In this document: one piece after another, positions 61,951-64,000 of the stretch
How positions within the stretch are numbered: position 1 is the first letter of the stretch
Layout: the number at the start of each line of letters is the position of its first letter
Assembly (NCBI RefSeq): GCF_018977255.1
Contig: NW_024704747.1
Location: 21,762,001 to 21,826,000, forward strand
DNA: 64,000 bases
Source of the DNA: Callorhinchus milii
Taxonomy: Eukaryota
Direction: 5' to 3'
Translations under genes and position numbers: made by a program
The notes under the pieces: generated by a model
Told to the model about the DNA's origin: nothing
Databases searched by the model: none
What the model saw: only the letters and a program-made list of their open reading frames with translations

Positions 61951-64000
61951 AAGTGATTGTTTGAGTGGCTGTGATACCGTACCAGAGATTAAATGCCTGC
62001 TGAAATTTCCAATATAAAAACTTTTGAAAATATGATCAGTGTGCGATGCTCCTCTAATTCCCCTCCAAAGGGAATACATCCAAAGAATACAACTTTATAT
62101 AGGAACTACTTATTCCATATGTAGAAAAAGCTTAATTCTAAAATTCCTGCTTATTGAAGGATAGGAAACTGATCTCCCGCACTCAGAGGTGAAGGGTAAG
62201 TCATAAAAAGTCATTGTCATTGTACTCCATTGTCTCAGCTCTGTCTTAACAATGGTTTTGGAAAACGTGAGGAGCCAGAAATGCTCAACAAAGCACCTTT
62301 GACCTTTGAGTACGTGCGATTATAACGGGGGAATAACTATAAATTGTTTCATTGTGCTCCAGGAAAGATCTGAGCCCTTTGATTCAAATCAGAATATAAT
62401 GTTACTACAGAGTGTCATTTTTAAAAGGATGCCAGAGTGCAGAAATGTATGAACTGTGCTCTGTGGTAATATCATGTGGGGCTTATTTATTATTCACTAA
62501 TGTCCTCATAGTCCTGGCATTTGACTTTTCACAGCACTCAAACATGAATGAATATGAGCCGTTGAAGAGATATCTGTCTGAGGTTTACTGATGTTATTGA
62601 TTATTGATGTAAGAACATCTTTTTCATTAATGTCTCAAAAACTTGACCTGTAACACATATCACTGTTCCTCCTGTAATGGATCACCTGTGAATTTCAGCA
62701 CTTCAGAGTGAAAGGGATAACAGGTAGGTCATAAAAGGTTACCTGAGCTCAAAATGGTTTCTTGAATCACTTCAGCTTGACCTCTGACACAATTAATGCT
62801 CCAGACAAAATAATAACAATAATGCTATGGAACAAGAAACTATAAAGGGTTTCAAAAAAAAACTGGGCTAGTTTCTGGGATTTGAAATAATTCAGTCTTA
62901 TTAGAATGATCAGATAGATGTGCAGAAGGATTTTTTTTGTGGTGGGAGGAGTGGAATGGGTTATTGTGTTATTGAAATAAATTCAGATGATGCTCGCAGT
63001 TACGTCACTTCTGGGATTAACATTATTCTTTCCCACAAACAAGCACTCAAAACCTCAGAAGTTCATCCTTCAGAAAGTGGTTACAATAATGTGCGTTAAT
63101 GAAAAATTAGGTAGGTACTGCAAGGAAATTCTTATTTATGGCTGGTCTCTTTTTAAGGAATTCACGTTTCTCATTTTCCAAAAGAGACATTTTCATGAAA
63201 TGATAAGCTTTTTATTAAATCCCATTGGTGTTTCTTTTAAAATAAAAATCAATATACCAGTTGAACTCACATGAGCTGCCTCCTGCCTACACATCGCTTC
63301 ACTTAATAGTGTCTGTCTCCTGTCAGCTTTTGGATATCCAATGTGTTACATTTATACAATTTGCAATGAACTGAGTTTTTTAATTATAAAAAAACTTTCA
63401 AAATTGAAACCAAAAGCTACGTGGAAATTCCCCATTACTCATTCTCCCCCCCAACCTCCCACCAAACCCCAACACCAATCCCCCACCCCCCACCCCCAAT
63501 ATGTTCACTTTTCAGCAAGCCCCTCATCAACCATGAATAATGTAATCTGGCTGGAATGTTTGCTGCTTTATATGCCAACCCACAAGCAGCCTGAAATGAG
63601 TGTTTTTTGTGCATGACAGTCTATAGACATTTACAATTTATGTTTGATTCTTCTCTCTGCTGAGCACCACCTGCATGCTTTTGCCTTGTCCAACTAGCAC
63701 CGCATATTGGTCTGGACTGGCATGATTTGTGACAGGTTAACGCCAGTGCACTTCTTCTGAAGAAAGGCTCTGCTAACACTTCTCTTGAGCTCGCATTCCC
63801 CACTCATCTACTTATGTACGTGATATCACCTCAGACAAATAATAGAAGAAAAAACTGTTTCCTTTACTTTCCTTGCCTTTCATTTCCATTCCCTTTGTTC
63901 TTCCTCTGACGTAAGGGGAGAGGAGTAAAGCATACATGAGGAAATGTGTAGCTTTGCACCACCCAGATGTTCTGTTATTTGAATATCGCTATATTTACTG

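Noticed and set aside
7237-63803. The many 60-160 aa ORFs outside the intact L2
   Set aside because: They overlap SINE/LINE fragments or lack homology cues and consistent splice structure, so they are treated as random open frames.

Overview
Eukaryotic (vertebrate) non-coding, repeat-rich DNA. The mix of L2 and CR1 LINEs, Deu-domain SINEs with L2-type tails and Harbinger remnants suggests a cartilaginous fish, probably a chimaera or shark (inference). No host protein-coding exon could be identified with confidence, so the window is probably a long intron or gene desert. The dominant feature is an apparently full-length, intact, young single-ORF L2 LINE on the minus strand (about 1991-7071). 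It has an APE+RT ORF of 1090 aa from ATG 5417, a 3' stem-loop with a (TTG)n tail and a 7-bp TSD. Its 5' end is an array of 16 near-identical CpG-rich 88-bp monomers, each with a TATA-like box and an initiator-like motif at canonical spacing, followed by a candidate 78-nt intron and short uORFs. The rest is truncated L2 and CR1 copies, many SINEs sharing the L2 3' stem-loop, MITEs (hAT, Tigger-like, palindromic), decayed Harbinger and hAT transposase remnants, and an unclassified four-copy ancient repeat. Most short ORFs in the track are noise. Boundaries of old repeats are approximate and were read by eye.
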